Shown: positions 19,628-30,156 of the stretch, piece by piece | How positions within the stretch are numbered: position 1 is the first letter of the stretch | How the letters are laid out: the number at the start of each line of letters is the position of its first letter | DNA from: Anaerolineaceae bacterium | Lineage (GTDB): Bacteria > Chloroflexota > Anaerolineae > Aggregatilineales > Phototrophicaceae | Assembly (NCBI GenBank): GCA_002702065.1 | Contig: NZXX01000004.1 | Coordinates: forward strand, 131,748-195,747 | Length of the DNA: 64,000 bases | Direction: 5' to 3' | Program-made: the position numbers and the translations under genes | Notes under the pieces: generated by a model | Database searches by the model: none | Told to the model about the DNA's origin: nothing | What the model saw: the letters and a program-made list of their open reading frames with translations, nothing else

Positions 19628-20611
19628 ATGACCGATAAAATAAAGTGGGGCATCCTCAGCACCGGCAATATCGCCAAGCAGTTCGCACGTGGGCTGGCCG
19701 TATTGCCCGATGCCGAACTGGTGGCGGTTGGATCACGTTCGCAGGAATCGGCTGATGCGTTCGGGGATATGTTCAACGTCAAACGGCGCTATGCGTCCTA
19801 TGAAGCCCTGGTTGCCGATGAGGATGTCGATGCCATATACATCGGCACGCCCCATTCCTATCACAAAGAAAACACCCTGATGTGCCTGGCAGCGGGCAAG
19901 GCTGTTCTGTGCGAAAAGCCATTTGCCATCAATGCGCAGCAGGCCAGCGAAATGATCAACTTTGCCCGCGAGAAAAAGGTCTTCCTGATGGAAGCCATGT
20001 GGACACGCTTTGTGCCGATCTTTGTGCATCTGCGTGAACTGCTGGCGCAGCAGGTCATCGGCGACATTCGCATGATTCAGGTGGATTTTGGTTTCCGCAC
20101 CAAATTCAACCCGGAGGGCCGGTTGTTCAAGCCGGAACTGGGTGGCGGTGCCCTGCTCGACGTGGGTATTTACCCGGTGTCGCTGGCATCGATGATCTAC
20201 GGCGCGCCGGATCGCATTGTCAGCATGGCCCACCTGGGCGAAACCGGGATCGATGAAAACTCAGCCATGATCTTTGGTTACGACGGCGGCGCACTCGCGG
20301 TCTTGAGTACGGCTATCCGTACCAACACACCCCATCTGGCGATCATCAACGGCACTGACGGACGCATCACCATTCATTCGCGCTGGTGGGTGCCCACACG
20401 CATGACCGTCGAAATATTCGGCAAGGAAACCACCGAAATCGAGCTGCCGATGACCGGCAACGGGTATAATTACGAAGCTGCTGAAGTGGCCCGCTGCCTG
20501 CGCGAGGGCCTGCTGGAAAGCGATGTCATACCGCTGGACGAAACCCTGTCCATTATGCAGACACTGGATGAAATCCGCAGCCAGTGGCACCTAAAATATC
20601 CTATGGAATAA
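19628..20611 (+). CDS. Gfo/Idh/MocA family oxidoreductase (dihydrodiol/xylose dehydrogenase-like)
   Basis: N-terminal Rossmann segment KWGILSTGNIA and a CEKPFA motif. Confidence 0.9.
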   Translation: MTDKIKWGILSTGNIAKQFARGLAVLPDAELVAVGSRSQESADAFGDMFNVKRRYASYEALVADEDVDAIYIGTPHSYHKENTLMCLAAGKAVLCEKPFAINAQQASEMINFAREKKVFLMEAMWTRFVPIFVHLRELLAQQVIGDIRMIQVDFGFRTKFNPEGRLFKPELGGGALLDVGIYPVSLASMIYGAPDRIVSMAHLGETGIDENSAMIFGYDGGALAVLSTAIRTNTPHLAIINGTDGRITIHSRWWVPTRMTVEIFGKETTEIELPMTGNGYNYEAAEVARCLREGLLESDVIPLDETLSIMQTLDEIRSQWHLKYPME

Positions 20612-20622
20612 AGGATCATTCA

Positions 20623-21591
20623 ATGAAATACGGGCAAATCGAAGGGGTCAGCAAGCCTGTCTCGCGCATCGTGCAGGGGACGACTCCGATCAACTCCAAC
20701 GAACTGGATTTTAGCTTCAAACTGCTCGACGATGTGTTCGAGCGTGGCGTCACCACTTTTGATACCGCCCATGTCTATGGCCGGGGCGATAACGAACGCA
20801 CGGTTGGGCGATGGATCAGCGAGCGTGGTGTGCGCGACAAAGTGGTCATCATTGCCAAAGGGGCACATCTCAATCAGGACCGCAAACGCGTTACGCCGTT
20901 CGATATCGAATCGGATATTCACGATTCGCTGGCCCGCTTCAACACGGATTTTCTCGATATTTACCTGCTGCACCGCGACGATCCGGATGTTCCGGTGGGG
21001 CCAATCGTGGAAAAGCTGAATGAATATCATCAAAAAGGGGTCATCGGTGTTTTTGGTGGGTCGAACTGGACAGTCGAACGCATCAAGGAAGCCAACGCCT
21101 ATGCCAAGGCCCATAACCTGAAGCCCTTTACCATCAGCAGCCCCAACTTCAGTCTGGCAGATCAGGTCAAAGAACCCTGGTCCGGCTGTATTTCGATCAG
21201 CGGGCCGGGCAGATCAGCCGAGCGCAGCTGGTATCAGGAACAGCAGATGCCGTTGTTCACCTGGTCGAGCATGGCCGGTGGGTTTTTTAGCGGACGGTTC
21301 CGGCGCGACAACCTCGACAGCTTCAGCGAATACAATGATCGCATCGTGGTCGAAGCATACAATTCTGAAGACAACTTCCAGCGGCTGGACCGGGCAGAAT
21401 CGCTTGCCAAAGAAAAGGGTGTATCGCTGGCGCAGATCGCGGTGGCCTATATTTTTAACCAGCCACTGAACATCTTCTCGCTGATCGCCAGCCGCAGCGC
21501 TGAGGAACTTGAGCAGAATAACGCTGCGTTGGAGATGGAACTCTCGCAGGCGGAGCTGGATTGGCTGGACCTGCGCAGCGACAGCCGCTAA
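20623..21591 (+). CDS. Aldo/keto reductase
   Basis: The segments FDTAHVYGRGDNERTVG and YLLHRDDP are AKR-like. The start is at ATG 20623. Confidence 0.9.
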   Translation: MKYGQIEGVSKPVSRIVQGTTPINSNELDFSFKLLDDVFERGVTTFDTAHVYGRGDNERTVGRWISERGVRDKVVIIAKGAHLNQDRKRVTPFDIESDIHDSLARFNTDFLDIYLLHRDDPDVPVGPIVEKLNEYHQKGVIGVFGGSNWTVERIKEANAYAKAHNLKPFTISSPNFSLADQVKEPWSGCISISGPGRSAERSWYQEQQMPLFTWSSMAGGFFSGRFRRDNLDSFSEYNDRIVVEAYNSEDNFQRLDRAESLAKEKGVSLAQIAVAYIFNQPLNIFSLIASRSAEELEQNNAALEMELSQAELDWLDLRSDSR

Positions 21592-21706
21592 CAGCCAGGT
21601 CATCAAACCGCACCTTGTGTGGGGTTACGTCATTTTTTCCCGCGAATGGACACAACATGCAACCGGAGTCATACATTTAATGTACGACTCCGGTCGTGGG
21701 GAACTT

Positions 21707-22153
21707 CTACTGAGGCATATCGTCAATACTGTCCGGGCGAATGCGCTTGTAGATCTCTTGCGCGGTCGGCCCAAACACGAACTCGCCGACATAGATGGAA
21801 CGGATGGCGTCGGACAAAACATCCACCGGTATATTTTTTTCAAGATACCCGCGAATACCAACCGCCAGCGCCCGTCGCAGCAGCGCTTCATCCAGAAAGC
21901 CGCTCAAGATCAAAGCACGGATTTGAGGATACTCACCACAGATCCGCGCGGCCAGGTCGATGCCATCTTCTTTACCCAATGACACATCCATAACCAGCAC
22001 ATCCGGCAGCAGCATCTGACAGATACTGACTGCATCATTTCCATTCGATGCTGCACCAACGACTTCAATATCGTCGCAGGTATCCAAAAAGACTTCCAGC
22101 CCTCGACGAACAGCATCATTATCATCCACCAATAAGACGCGAATACATACCAC
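21707..22153 (-). CDS. Stand-alone response-regulator receiver domain (NarL-like, no HTH output)
   Basis: GTG start after GGGGAGA. Receiver motifs are RVLLVDDN, the phospho-acceptor region DVLVMDVSL, and LILSGF. The protein ends ~25 aa after the receiver, with no LuxR-type HTH. Confidence 0.8.
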   Translation of the reverse strand: MVCIRVLLVDDNDAVRRGLEVFLDTCDDIEVVGAASNGNDAVSICQMLLPDVLVMDVSLGKEDGIDLAARICGEYPQIRALILSGFLDEALLRRALAVGIRGYLEKNIPVDVLSDAIRSIYVGEFVFGPTAQEIYKRIRPDSIDDMPQ

Positions 22154-22460
22154 TACAGTCTCCCCTGGTTAGCAAATTCAAACATTGCGGCCCAACAAAT
22201 GAAATATTTGCCGCAATATTTGACGCGACAATAGCCTAATGGCCGAGCATATGAAGAATATTGGTGGTTGCTACAGAAATTGTCAGCGATGTATTAGAAT
22301 CTGGGCGTTGTAGCATGACCTGTTCAGGCAGATTAGACGTCAATGGCGCGATTCCCAGTGAATAGGGCTAATCTGTCTTTCATATTTGAGGGTCATGGTG
22401 GGCACATGAGCATGCGCCCCGGCAGCAGACGTGCATTTACATAAGTTAGGCTGCACCGCA

Positions 22461-22715
22461 CTAACGGCGAGTGTTGCGCTCACGGTCTTCATCCTCAACG
22501 ACGACCGCCAGTTCGTAGAGAGTCACATCCATTGGGAACTCGCGCACCATCTGCATGGCATCCTGAGCCCAGGTAATGAGGCCGGGATCAGTTTCATTGG
22601 GCACGCCGCTTAAGTAAAAAGCCACCCCGGCTTTCAGCATTTCAAAAGTGTCGTCATCCAGCGGCGCGATAATGGCCTTGATCTGATCAATGTGGCGTGC
22701 AATGTCGCTGACCAT
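22461..22715 (-). CDS. Hypothetical protein
   Basis: 84-aa ORF with plausible composition. No recognisable motif. Confidence 0.35.
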   Translation of the reverse strand: MVSDIARHIDQIKAIIAPLDDDTFEMLKAGVAFYLSGVPNETDPGLITWAQDAMQMVREFPMDVTLYELAVVVEDEDRERNTRR

Positions 22716-22933
22716 GATTCCCCTCGCTATACTTATGAGATGAGTCGTGAGTCTTTAGTCTACAGTCGCCCTCAGCAGACAGACTAAAGCGATTGATGCG
22801 GTGTAAACAGGGTAAACACAATTTATCCGTATTTTCATGGGCCTACTGTAACTGTTGACCCGCCGGACTCCAGATGATCGACTAACGACTGTTGGCTTAA
22901 GTGATGATGCACGCGGATAGAGGAATAACCATC

Positions 22934-24076
22934 ATGCAAATCATCAACGGCAAAATTATAACACCGGATGCGGTGCTGACCGATCACACAATAGTGCTGG
23001 AAGGCGACCGGATTCACGCGATTGTCCCGGCACATTCCGCACCATCGGACCCCGACAGGCTTGACGCACACGGACAATGGATTGTGCCCGGTTTCATCGA
23101 CGTGCATGTACACGGCGGCGACGGCAACGACACGATGGATGCCACCCCCACGGCTATTCAGGCGATGGGCCGTTTTTTTGCCCGGCACGGTGTCACCAGT
23201 TACTTCCCGACCACCATGAGCGCCCCGGCGGATGCCATCGCCCGTGCCATCAGCAATGTTGCATCGTGCCCCCAGCCGCAGGATGGCGCGCAGCATCTGG
23301 GCGTGCATGTCGAAGGGCCATATCTGAGCAAGGATTTCCCCGGCGCACAACTGCCCGATGTGCTGCGATTGCCCGACCCCAGCGAGTACCAATACTGGTT
23401 CGAAAGCGAAGTCGTCCGGCTGATTACCGTTGCCCCGGAACTCCCCGGCGCGCTCGGCCTGATCGATGAAGGGGTCCGCCAGGGTATCGAGTTTGCGATT
23501 GGTCACAGCGGGGCCAGCTACGAGCAGGTCATCACCGCAGCCGATCACGGCGCCCGGCAGGCCACCCACACCTATAACGGGATGCTCGGCCTGCACCACC
23601 GCAACCCCGGCACGTTGGGTGGTGTCCTGCTGGAAGATCGTATCTACGGCCAGATCATCAGCGATGGTATCCACACCCACCCGGCGATGGTCAAGCTGCT
23701 GGTGCGGGCCAAAGGCACCGACCGCGTCATCCTCATTACGGACGCGATCCGCGCGGCGGGCCTGCCGGATGGCGACTATGACCTCGGCGAACAACCCGTC
23801 ACCGTGCGCGATGGCGTCTGCCGTATTGCCAACGGCAGCCTGGCCGGGAGCACCGCCACGATGGATGGTGTGCTGCGCAATGTCATGCAGTTCACCGGGC
23901 TGACCCTGCCCGAAGCGATCCCTATGGCGACATCGGTCCCGGCAAAGGCCATGAATCTGGCGGGTCGCAAAGGCGTGTTGCAGCCCGGTGCCGACGCCGA
24001 TATTGTGCTGCTGAATGAGGCGATTGACGTTCAGGCAACCATTGTCTGCGGGCGAGTCGTTTACCAGTCGTCGTAA
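22934..24076 (+). CDS. nagA: N-acetylglucosamine-6-phosphate deacetylase
   Basis: GFIDVHVHGGDGNDTMD, HTYNGM and ISDGIHTHP motifs. The start is at ATG 22934 (MQIINGKII). Confidence 0.9.
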   Translation: MQIINGKIITPDAVLTDHTIVLEGDRIHAIVPAHSAPSDPDRLDAHGQWIVPGFIDVHVHGGDGNDTMDATPTAIQAMGRFFARHGVTSYFPTTMSAPADAIARAISNVASCPQPQDGAQHLGVHVEGPYLSKDFPGAQLPDVLRLPDPSEYQYWFESEVVRLITVAPELPGALGLIDEGVRQGIEFAIGHSGASYEQVITAADHGARQATHTYNGMLGLHHRNPGTLGGVLLEDRIYGQIISDGIHTHPAMVKLLVRAKGTDRVILITDAIRAAGLPDGDYDLGEQPVTVRDGVCRIANGSLAGSTATMDGVLRNVMQFTGLTLPEAIPMATSVPAKAMNLAGRKGVLQPGADADIVLLNEAIDVQATIVCGRVVYQSS

Positions 24077-24186
24077 ACGTCCGCCGCATATTAGAATTCC
24101 ATAGGAACTTGCGACCTGTCAGATTTTGTTAATCTTTATCACCTACAATAAGCAAGATAAAAGTTCCCATTGAAAGGTCAATTGAT

Positions 24187-24723
24187 ATGGCTACTGAAAT
24201 GGCAACGCTAGCGGGCGGCTGCTTCTGGTGTCTGGAAGCGGTCTACCAGCAGTTAGGCGGCGTTGAAAAGGTTGTCTCTGGGTATGCCGGGGGGCACGTG
24301 GCAAACCCCAGCTATCAGGCGGTGTGCAACGGCACAACCGGTCATGCCGAAGTGGTGCAGATTGCCTACGACCCGGACGTCGTGACCTATGGTGATCTGC
24401 TCGATGTGTTCTTCACCATTCACGACCCCACAACGCTCAACCGCCAGGGTAACGACATCGGCACGCAGTATCGCTCCGCTATTTATTATCACTCGCCGGA
24501 GCAGCAGCAAATAGCCGAGCAGAAGATCAAGACGCTGGCGAGCGAAGGCGTGTGGGATAACCCTATCGTCACCGAAATTACACCGCTGGACACGTTCTAC
24601 CCGGCGGAGGACTACCATCAGAATTACTTCGTCAACAACCCGAACCAGGGTTACTGCCGTGTCATTGTCGCACCGAAGGTCGCCAAGTTCCGGCAGAAGT
24701 ACCTCGCCCGTCTGAAGGCGTAA
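24187..24723 (+). CDS. msrA: Peptide-methionine (S)-S-oxide reductase
   Basis: GGCFWC active-site motif, plus GHAEVVQI and [11 protein letters not shown] segments. Confidence 0.95.
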   Translation: MATEMATLAGGCFWCLEAVYQQLGGVEKVVSGYAGGHVANPSYQAVCNGTTGHAEVVQIAYDPDVVTYGDLLDVFFTIHDPTTLNRQGNDIGTQYRSAIYYHSPEQQQIAEQKIKTLASEGVWDNPIVTEITPLDTFYPAEDYHQNYFVNNPNQGYCRVIVAPKVAKFRQKYLARLKA

Positions 24724-24760
24724 ATCACGAGGAACCAGGCGGTGGTGATAACACTGCCGC

Positions 24761-25966
24761 CTATTCACCTATATGCCATATTTTTAACAAACCACTGCTT
24801 GCGCTCCATGAAGCAAAGTTACTTCCATCAGGACTAAAAGTTGCGTCAAACACATCCTCGTGAGTAACCTCAGAAATCAAGTTTCCTGTTTCAATATCCC
24901 AAACATTTACTCGATCATCATTCACAGAGATCAACAAAGTATTATCTGTGTTGATGGCACGCATGATTTCCTTTTGATCCAGTTCAAGTTCCAATACCCA
25001 TGTTTGGTCGGTCACAATATTAAATAGATGAACCGTGCTGTTATTTGTTATTTGAGCAAATACATCACCATAATGTCGTCGTGCAAAGTCAATATCTAAT
25101 GGGTTGTCATAAGTTTTCTGAACTGTAAAAGACTTTGTATCTATAACATGAAGACCAATCAGATCATCAATCGCCAGCAACTCGCCAGTATGATTGAGCG
25201 TCATATCCGTAATCGGTATCCCAACACTACTTTCGAAAATTTGCCCGTCATCTTGTGGGTTGTTGACAACCAAGCTCCAGACATGGACTTTTGCATCCGA
25301 ACCGCCAACATACAGTGTTCCACTATCAGGAGAAAACACAGTCACGAATGCATAAGCTTGCGCAATTGCCGAAACCCTTTCCCCGGTCTGCACGTCGACA
25401 ATAATCACTTGATTATTTTCAGAGACAGGAAATACGCTTCCATCAACAATTGCCAGAAACAGCCCATCGGAACTGAAGGTAATATCAGAAACCAAATTGC
25501 CATTCAACATGTTTGACCAGACCTGCTTCCCCGTCTCAACATTCCACAACCGCACCGTGCCATCCTCGCTGGCGGAGGCTAAATGCAGACCACTGGGTTG
25601 AAACTCAAGTAAGACTATTTGATCGGTATGTCCTCTAAGAGCAAACAACCTCTCAAAATTTGACATACTCCAAACCTCAATTGCATTATCCAGCCATTGC
25701 TGCCTTTCGTCCTCACTCCACAGGTCCATACTGGCTTCATAGCGTTTGAGTGTGACAAAATATTGACTATTTGGACTAAAAAGCACAGTTCTTAAGGACC
25801 GCGTGTCAATTTGCAGAGATGTCAGTGCCTCAGCTTCCAGTGCTTGTTGCGCTCGGATCAACGATGAAGCAACGTTATATTGATTTCCCAATATTCCAAA
25901 TAAAGCCAAGATGAGAAAAAGGAAACTAAATTTCCCATCTTCTTTCAACACTCTTAGCCCATTCAC
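24761..25966 (-). CDS. Membrane-anchored WD40-repeat (beta-propeller) protein
   Basis: 401 aa with a GTG start. The N-terminal hydrophobic helix is [15 protein letters not shown]. Repeated WD-like units include [30 protein letters not shown] and LLKIWHI. The DNA is clearly lower in GC than its flanks. Confidence 0.8.
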   Translation of the reverse strand: MNGLRVLKEDGKFSFLFLILALFGILGNQYNVASSLIRAQQALEAEALTSLQIDTRSLRTVLFSPNSQYFVTLKRYEASMDLWSEDERQQWLDNAIEVWSMSNFERLFALRGHTDQIVLLEFQPSGLHLASASEDGTVRLWNVETGKQVWSNMLNGNLVSDITFSSDGLFLAIVDGSVFPVSENNQVIIVDVQTGERVSAIAQAYAFVTVFSPDSGTLYVGGSDAKVHVWSLVVNNPQDDGQIFESSVGIPITDMTLNHTGELLAIDDLIGLHVIDTKSFTVQKTYDNPLDIDFARRHYGDVFAQITNNSTVHLFNIVTDQTWVLELELDQKEIMRAINTDNTLLISVNDDRVNVWDIETGNLISEVTHEDVFDATFSPDGSNFASWSASSGLLKIWHIGE

Positions 25967-26121
25967 CTTTGCGTCTTTGCCTCTTTCGCCATCCCTTTGC
26001 GTTAATCAATTGTAGTTCTTTCTTCGCTTCATTCTACCGTTCTCTAGCGGCCTGTCACGTCTTTTGTTACACTGTGCTCAGCCTTTTTTGGATTAGGTTT
26101 CACGTTCCTGGAGAAAATATT

Positions 26122-27117
26122 ATGGCAAGACCTGTGACGTTGTTTACTGGCCAATGGGCAGATTTGCCGTTGGAAACACTGGCCGAAAAAGCGGCAAGCT
26201 GGGGTTATGATGGCCTCGAACTGGCCTGCTGGGGCGATCATTTTGAAGTCGACAAGGCGCTCTCCGATGATGGCTACACCCAGAGCCGCTGGGACATCCT
26301 CGACAAGTACAACCTGAAGTGCTTCGCCATCAGCAACCATCTCGTCGGCCAGGCCGTGTGCGACAACATTGACCAGCGCCACAAGAGCATTGTGCCGGAC
26401 TATGTGTGGGGCGACGGGGATGCGGAAGGTGTCCGCCAGCGCGCCGCCGAAGAAATGCAGAACACGGCCCGTGCGGCCAAAAAATTCGGCGTCAACGTGG
26501 TCAATGGCTTCACCGGCAGCTCGATCTGGCACATGATCTACCATTTCCCGCCCACCCCGCCGAGCATGATTGATGCCGGTTACAAGGATTTCGCCGACCG
26601 CTGGAACCCCATCCTCGACGTATTTGACGAAGTCGGTGTCCGTTTCGCGCTGGAAGTGCATCCGACCGAAATCGCCTACGACATCTATACCGCCGAACTG
26701 GCGCTGGAAGCACTGAATAACCGGACGGCGTTCGGCTTCAACTTCGACCCCAGCCATTTTGTGCACCAGTTCTTCGATCCAGTCAATTTCATCAACCGCT
26801 TCCCGGATCGCATTTATCATGTGCATGTGAAGGACTCCAAAGTCCGGCTGGGCGGCACCAGCAGCATCCTGTCCTCGCACCTGCAATTTGGCGATTACCG
26901 CCGCGGCTGGGACTTTGTTTCGCCGGGTCATGGCGATGTCGATCAGGAAGGCATTATCCGCGCGCTCAACCGCGTCGGCTACACCGGCCCGCTCTCGGTC
27001 GAGTGGGAAGACAGCGGCATGGACCGTGAACACGGCGCGTCGGAAGCCGTCGATTTCGTCAAGAAGTCCGACTTCAAATCATCCGATGTCGCGTTCGACG
27101 CGGCCTTTGCAGACTAG
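26122..27117 (+). CDS. Xylose isomerase-like TIM-barrel protein (sugar phosphate isomerase/epimerase family)
   Basis: [33 protein letters not shown] and SVEWED segments. The start is at ATG 26122, after GGAGAAAA. Confidence 0.85.
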   Translation: MARPVTLFTGQWADLPLETLAEKAASWGYDGLELACWGDHFEVDKALSDDGYTQSRWDILDKYNLKCFAISNHLVGQAVCDNIDQRHKSIVPDYVWGDGDAEGVRQRAAEEMQNTARAAKKFGVNVVNGFTGSSIWHMIYHFPPTPPSMIDAGYKDFADRWNPILDVFDEVGVRFALEVHPTEIAYDIYTAELALEALNNRTAFGFNFDPSHFVHQFFDPVNFINRFPDRIYHVHVKDSKVRLGGTSSILSSHLQFGDYRRGWDFVSPGHGDVDQEGIIRALNRVGYTGPLSVEWEDSGMDREHGASEAVDFVKKSDFKSSDVAFDAAFAD

Positions 27118-27126
27118 GAGGCGAAC

Positions 27127-28314
27127 ATGAGCGACGAACGTGGATTCACGCGCATGGCTGCCGGGGCTGCCGACGGCGACGCCCCCACTCTCGGCATTGG
27201 CATGCTGGGTTATGCCTTCATGGGCAAAGCGCACTCGAACGCCTTCAGAACCATCCCATACATGATGTACCCGCCGGTTGCCATCCCGCGCATGGTGGCG
27301 GTGGCCGGACGCAATAAGGAAGCCGTCGAAGCCGCAGCAGCTCGTTTCGGCTACGAGAAGGCCTACACCAACTGGCAGGATATGGTCAACGATCCGGACA
27401 TCCAGGTCTTCGACAACGGCGGCCCGAATAACGCCCATGCCGAACCGACGATTGCCGCCGCCGAAGCGGGCAAACATGTCTTCTGTGAGAAGCCGCTGGC
27501 CCGTACCGCCGAAGAAGCCAAGACCATGCTGGACGCGGTGGAAAAAGCCGGGGTCAAGCACATGGTCGCCTATAACTACCGCTTCGTTCCGGCCATTGTG
27601 CAGGCCCGCAACCTGATCGCCAGCGGCGCACTGGGGCGCATCTTTCATTTCCGCGCGGTCTATTTGCAGGACTGGATCATCGACCCGGAATTCCCGATGA
27701 CGTGGCGCTTCACCAAAGAGGTCGCCGGCAGCGGTTCGCTGGGTGATCTGGGGTCGCACATCCTCGATCTGGGGCGCTTCCTGGTCGGCGAACCGACCAA
27801 AGTCATGGGCATGATGAAGACTTTCATCGAAGATCGTCCGGATGGCGAAGGCGGGCGTGCCAAAGTCGACGTGGATGACGCCGTTACCGCCCTGCTCGAA
27901 TTTGAGAATGGCGCGATGGGCACCATCGAGGCGACCCGCTTTGCCAACGGCCACCGCAACGGCAACATGTGGGAGATCAACGCCGAGAACGGCAGCATCA
28001 AGTTTAATCTGGAACGGTTGAACGAACTGGAAGTCTACTGGGCGGATGGCCGCAAGGAAACCCTCGGCTTCACCAATGTGCTCATCAGCGAGGGGTATCA
28101 TCCTTACTGGGAAAACTGGTGGCCTGCCGGGCACATGATCGGCTGGGAACACACCTTTGTCCACGAGTTCCATCACTTCTTTGATGCCATTGTGAACGAC
28201 AAGCCGGTTGCCCCCTACGGCGCGGATTTTGTCGATGGTTACCGCAACAACGTCATTTGCGACGCCATTGCCCAGTCGGCGCAGACCGGGCGCATGGTTG
28301 ATATTAAATACTAG
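27127..28314 (+). CDS. Gfo/Idh/MocA family oxidoreductase
   Basis: Rossmann segment IGMLGYAFMGKAH and a CEKPLA motif. It starts 9 nt after the TIM-barrel gene, so the two are probably co-transcribed. Confidence 0.9.
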   Translation: MSDERGFTRMAAGAADGDAPTLGIGMLGYAFMGKAHSNAFRTIPYMMYPPVAIPRMVAVAGRNKEAVEAAAARFGYEKAYTNWQDMVNDPDIQVFDNGGPNNAHAEPTIAAAEAGKHVFCEKPLARTAEEAKTMLDAVEKAGVKHMVAYNYRFVPAIVQARNLIASGALGRIFHFRAVYLQDWIIDPEFPMTWRFTKEVAGSGSLGDLGSHILDLGRFLVGEPTKVMGMMKTFIEDRPDGEGGRAKVDVDDAVTALLEFENGAMGTIEATRFANGHRNGNMWEINAENGSIKFNLERLNELEVYWADGRKETLGFTNVLISEGYHPYWENWWPAGHMIGWEHTFVHEFHHFFDAIVNDKPVAPYGADFVDGYRNNVICDAIAQSAQTGRMVDIKY

Positions 28315-28326
28315 ACATGTCATCCG

Positions 28327-28352
28327 TAGGGGCGATTCGCGAATCGCCCCTA
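28327..28352. repeat. GC-rich perfect palindrome (REP-like), copy 2
   Basis: TAGGGGCGATTC-gc-GAATCGCCCCTA lies between a convergent gene pair. It differs from the copy at 16909..16932 only at the centre and the flanks. Confidence 0.7.
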
Positions 28353-28363
28353 CCCTGTTGATC

Positions 28364-28858
28364 TTACCCGCGATAACTCTGTTTCAGATACGCGATTAAC
28401 CCACCGGCTTCAACAATCCCTGCGACCGATTCCGGCAAGCGCGGAAACGTAAAGGTTTGCCCGGCAGCCGTGACAACCCCCTGCTCCATATCCAGCGCAA
28501 TTGAATCGCCCGTTTCGACCAGCGGCAGCACCTGCGGGCATTGAATCACCAGCAAGCCGCTGTTGATGGCATTGCGATAATAGATGCGGGCAAACGACGC
28601 CGCGATCACCGCCTTCACCCCCGCCGCGACGAGGCAGGTCACAGCCTGTTCCCGGCTGCTGCCATTGCCCCAGTTGCGCCCGGCCACGATCACGTCACCC
28701 GGCTGCACCGCCTGTGCAAACTGCGGGTCGAGGTCTTCCAGCGCATACCGCGCCAGCTCTGCCGGGTCATGGCTGATGGTGTAGGTATACTTCCCGGCGA
28801 AGATCAGGTCGGTGTTGATATTGTCGCCATACGTCCAGACTCGATGTGTCGTCGCCAT
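28364..28858 (-). CDS. Homoaconitase / 3-isopropylmalate dehydratase small subunit
   Basis: YGDNINTDLI and GRNWGNGSSREQA motifs. The start is the ATG at 28858, overlapping the large-subunit stop by 1 nt (TGATG). The longer ORF (to 29044) is an artefact. Confidence 0.85.
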   Translation of the reverse strand: MATTHRVWTYGDNINTDLIFAGKYTYTISHDPAELARYALEDLDPQFAQAVQPGDVIVAGRNWGNGSSREQAVTCLVAAGVKAVIAASFARIYYRNAINSGLLVIQCPQVLPLVETGDSIALDMEQGVVTAAGQTFTFPRLPESVAGIVEAGGLIAYLKQSYRG

Positions 28859-30156
28859 CAGGCACGCTCCATGATTGCCGCCGGATGCGCGATGTACCCA
28901 GCGACGGCGCTGGCCGCTACCACAGCCGGGCTTGCCAGATAAATATCGGCATCGCGCTCGCCCATGCGCCCGCGAAAATTGCGGCTGGCACTGCTGATGC
29001 ACACTTCGCCAGGAGCCAGCACGCCCATATGATTGCCCATGCACGGCCCGCAGCCCGGTGTGCCAATCGTCGCCCCGGCAGCCAGCAGGTCCGCCACATA
29101 CCCGGCAGCGACCGCGTCTTCAAAAACTTTGGAGGACGCCGGAATCACCAGCAGGCGCGCCCGAACCTGATGTCCGCGCACCACATCCGCCGCCGCCGCG
29201 ATATCTTCCAGCCGCCCGTTGGTGCAGGTACCGATAAAGCCAAAATCAACATGCTGTGCCGCCAGTTCGGATACCCGTGCCGTGCGATCCACTTCATGGG
29301 GGCAGGACACCACCGGCTCAATCGCGCTCAGGTCGATCATGTGCGATTCGGCATAGGCCGCGTCGGCGTCGGGATACAGCGCCCGGTCACGGAAGTAGGC
29401 GATGCGCTCCTGCCAGCGATCCGGTCGATTGCGGCGCAGCTGCGTTTCGATCCAGTCCCAGGTCACAGCGTCCGGTGCGATGTAGGCGCTCTTGGCCCCC
29501 ATCTCGGCCATCATATTGGGCAGCACCGCCCGCATATCCGGCGATAGAGTCGCCACACCCGGCCCGTCGAACTCCACCGCCATATAATTCGCGCCTTCGG
29601 ATGATAACAACCCGATCAGGCTGATGGTCACATCCTTCGACGATACGCCCGGCGCAAGCTGCCCGGTCAGGGTGACACGCAGCGTTTCCGGCACTCGCAT
29701 CCATAGTTGGCCGGTTGCCCACAACGCCGCGACTTCGGTGCGTCCGATTCCCGCGCCAAATGCCCCCAGCCAGCCGGGATGCGTACTATGACTATCCGAA
29801 CCGAGCAGAATCATCCCCGGCCCGATGACACCTTCCTCACAGTGCACCTGATGGCAGATGCCGCGTCCGACTTCAAAAAAATTCTTTATCCCAAATGCGG
29901 CCACAAACTTCCGAATCTCGGCATGATTCTGGGCATGTTTCGGCGTAGGCGGCGGCACCGCATGATCAAGCGTAATCGCCAGCCGTTCCGGGTACTTGAT
30001 GCGCCCATGCGGCAGTTCGGAGAATATTTTATAGATGGCCGCCGTGTTGTCGTGGCTCATCACCACATCCGGCTCGATATCCAGCACCTCGCCCGGCTGC
30101 ACCTGATCGCGCCCGGCAGCGCGCGCCAGTATTTTTTCAGCAAATGTCGCGCCCAT
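28858..30156 (-). CDS. Homoaconitase / 3-isopropylmalate dehydratase large subunit (aconitase family)
   Basis: 432 aa with GSDSHSTH, IGTCTNGR and CGPCMG Fe-S ligand motifs. Confidence 0.9.
   Translation of the reverse strand: MGATFAEKILARAAGRDQVQPGEVLDIEPDVVMSHDNTAAIYKIFSELPHGRIKYPERLAITLDHAVPPPTPKHAQNHAEIRKFVAAFGIKNFFEVGRGICHQVHCEEGVIGPGMILLGSDSHSTHPGWLGAFGAGIGRTEVAALWATGQLWMRVPETLRVTLTGQLAPGVSSKDVTISLIGLLSSEGANYMAVEFDGPGVATLSPDMRAVLPNMMAEMGAKSAYIAPDAVTWDWIETQLRRNRPDRWQERIAYFRDRALYPDADAAYAESHMIDLSAIEPVVSCPHEVDRTARVSELAAQHVDFGFIGTCTNGRLEDIAAAADVVRGHQVRARLLVIPASSKVFEDAVAAGYVADLLAAGATIGTPGCGPCMGNHMGVLAPGEVCISSASRNFRGRMGERDADIYLASPAVVAASAVAGYIAHPAAIMERA

Noticed and set aside
22239-22313. 24-aa Cys-containing mini-ORF (MAEHMKNIGGCYRNCQRCIRIWAL) in the gene-poor 22.2-22.4 kb spacer
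   Set aside because: It has no Shine-Dalgarno sequence, no partner modification or export genes and no repeat structure. It is indistinguishable from chance.
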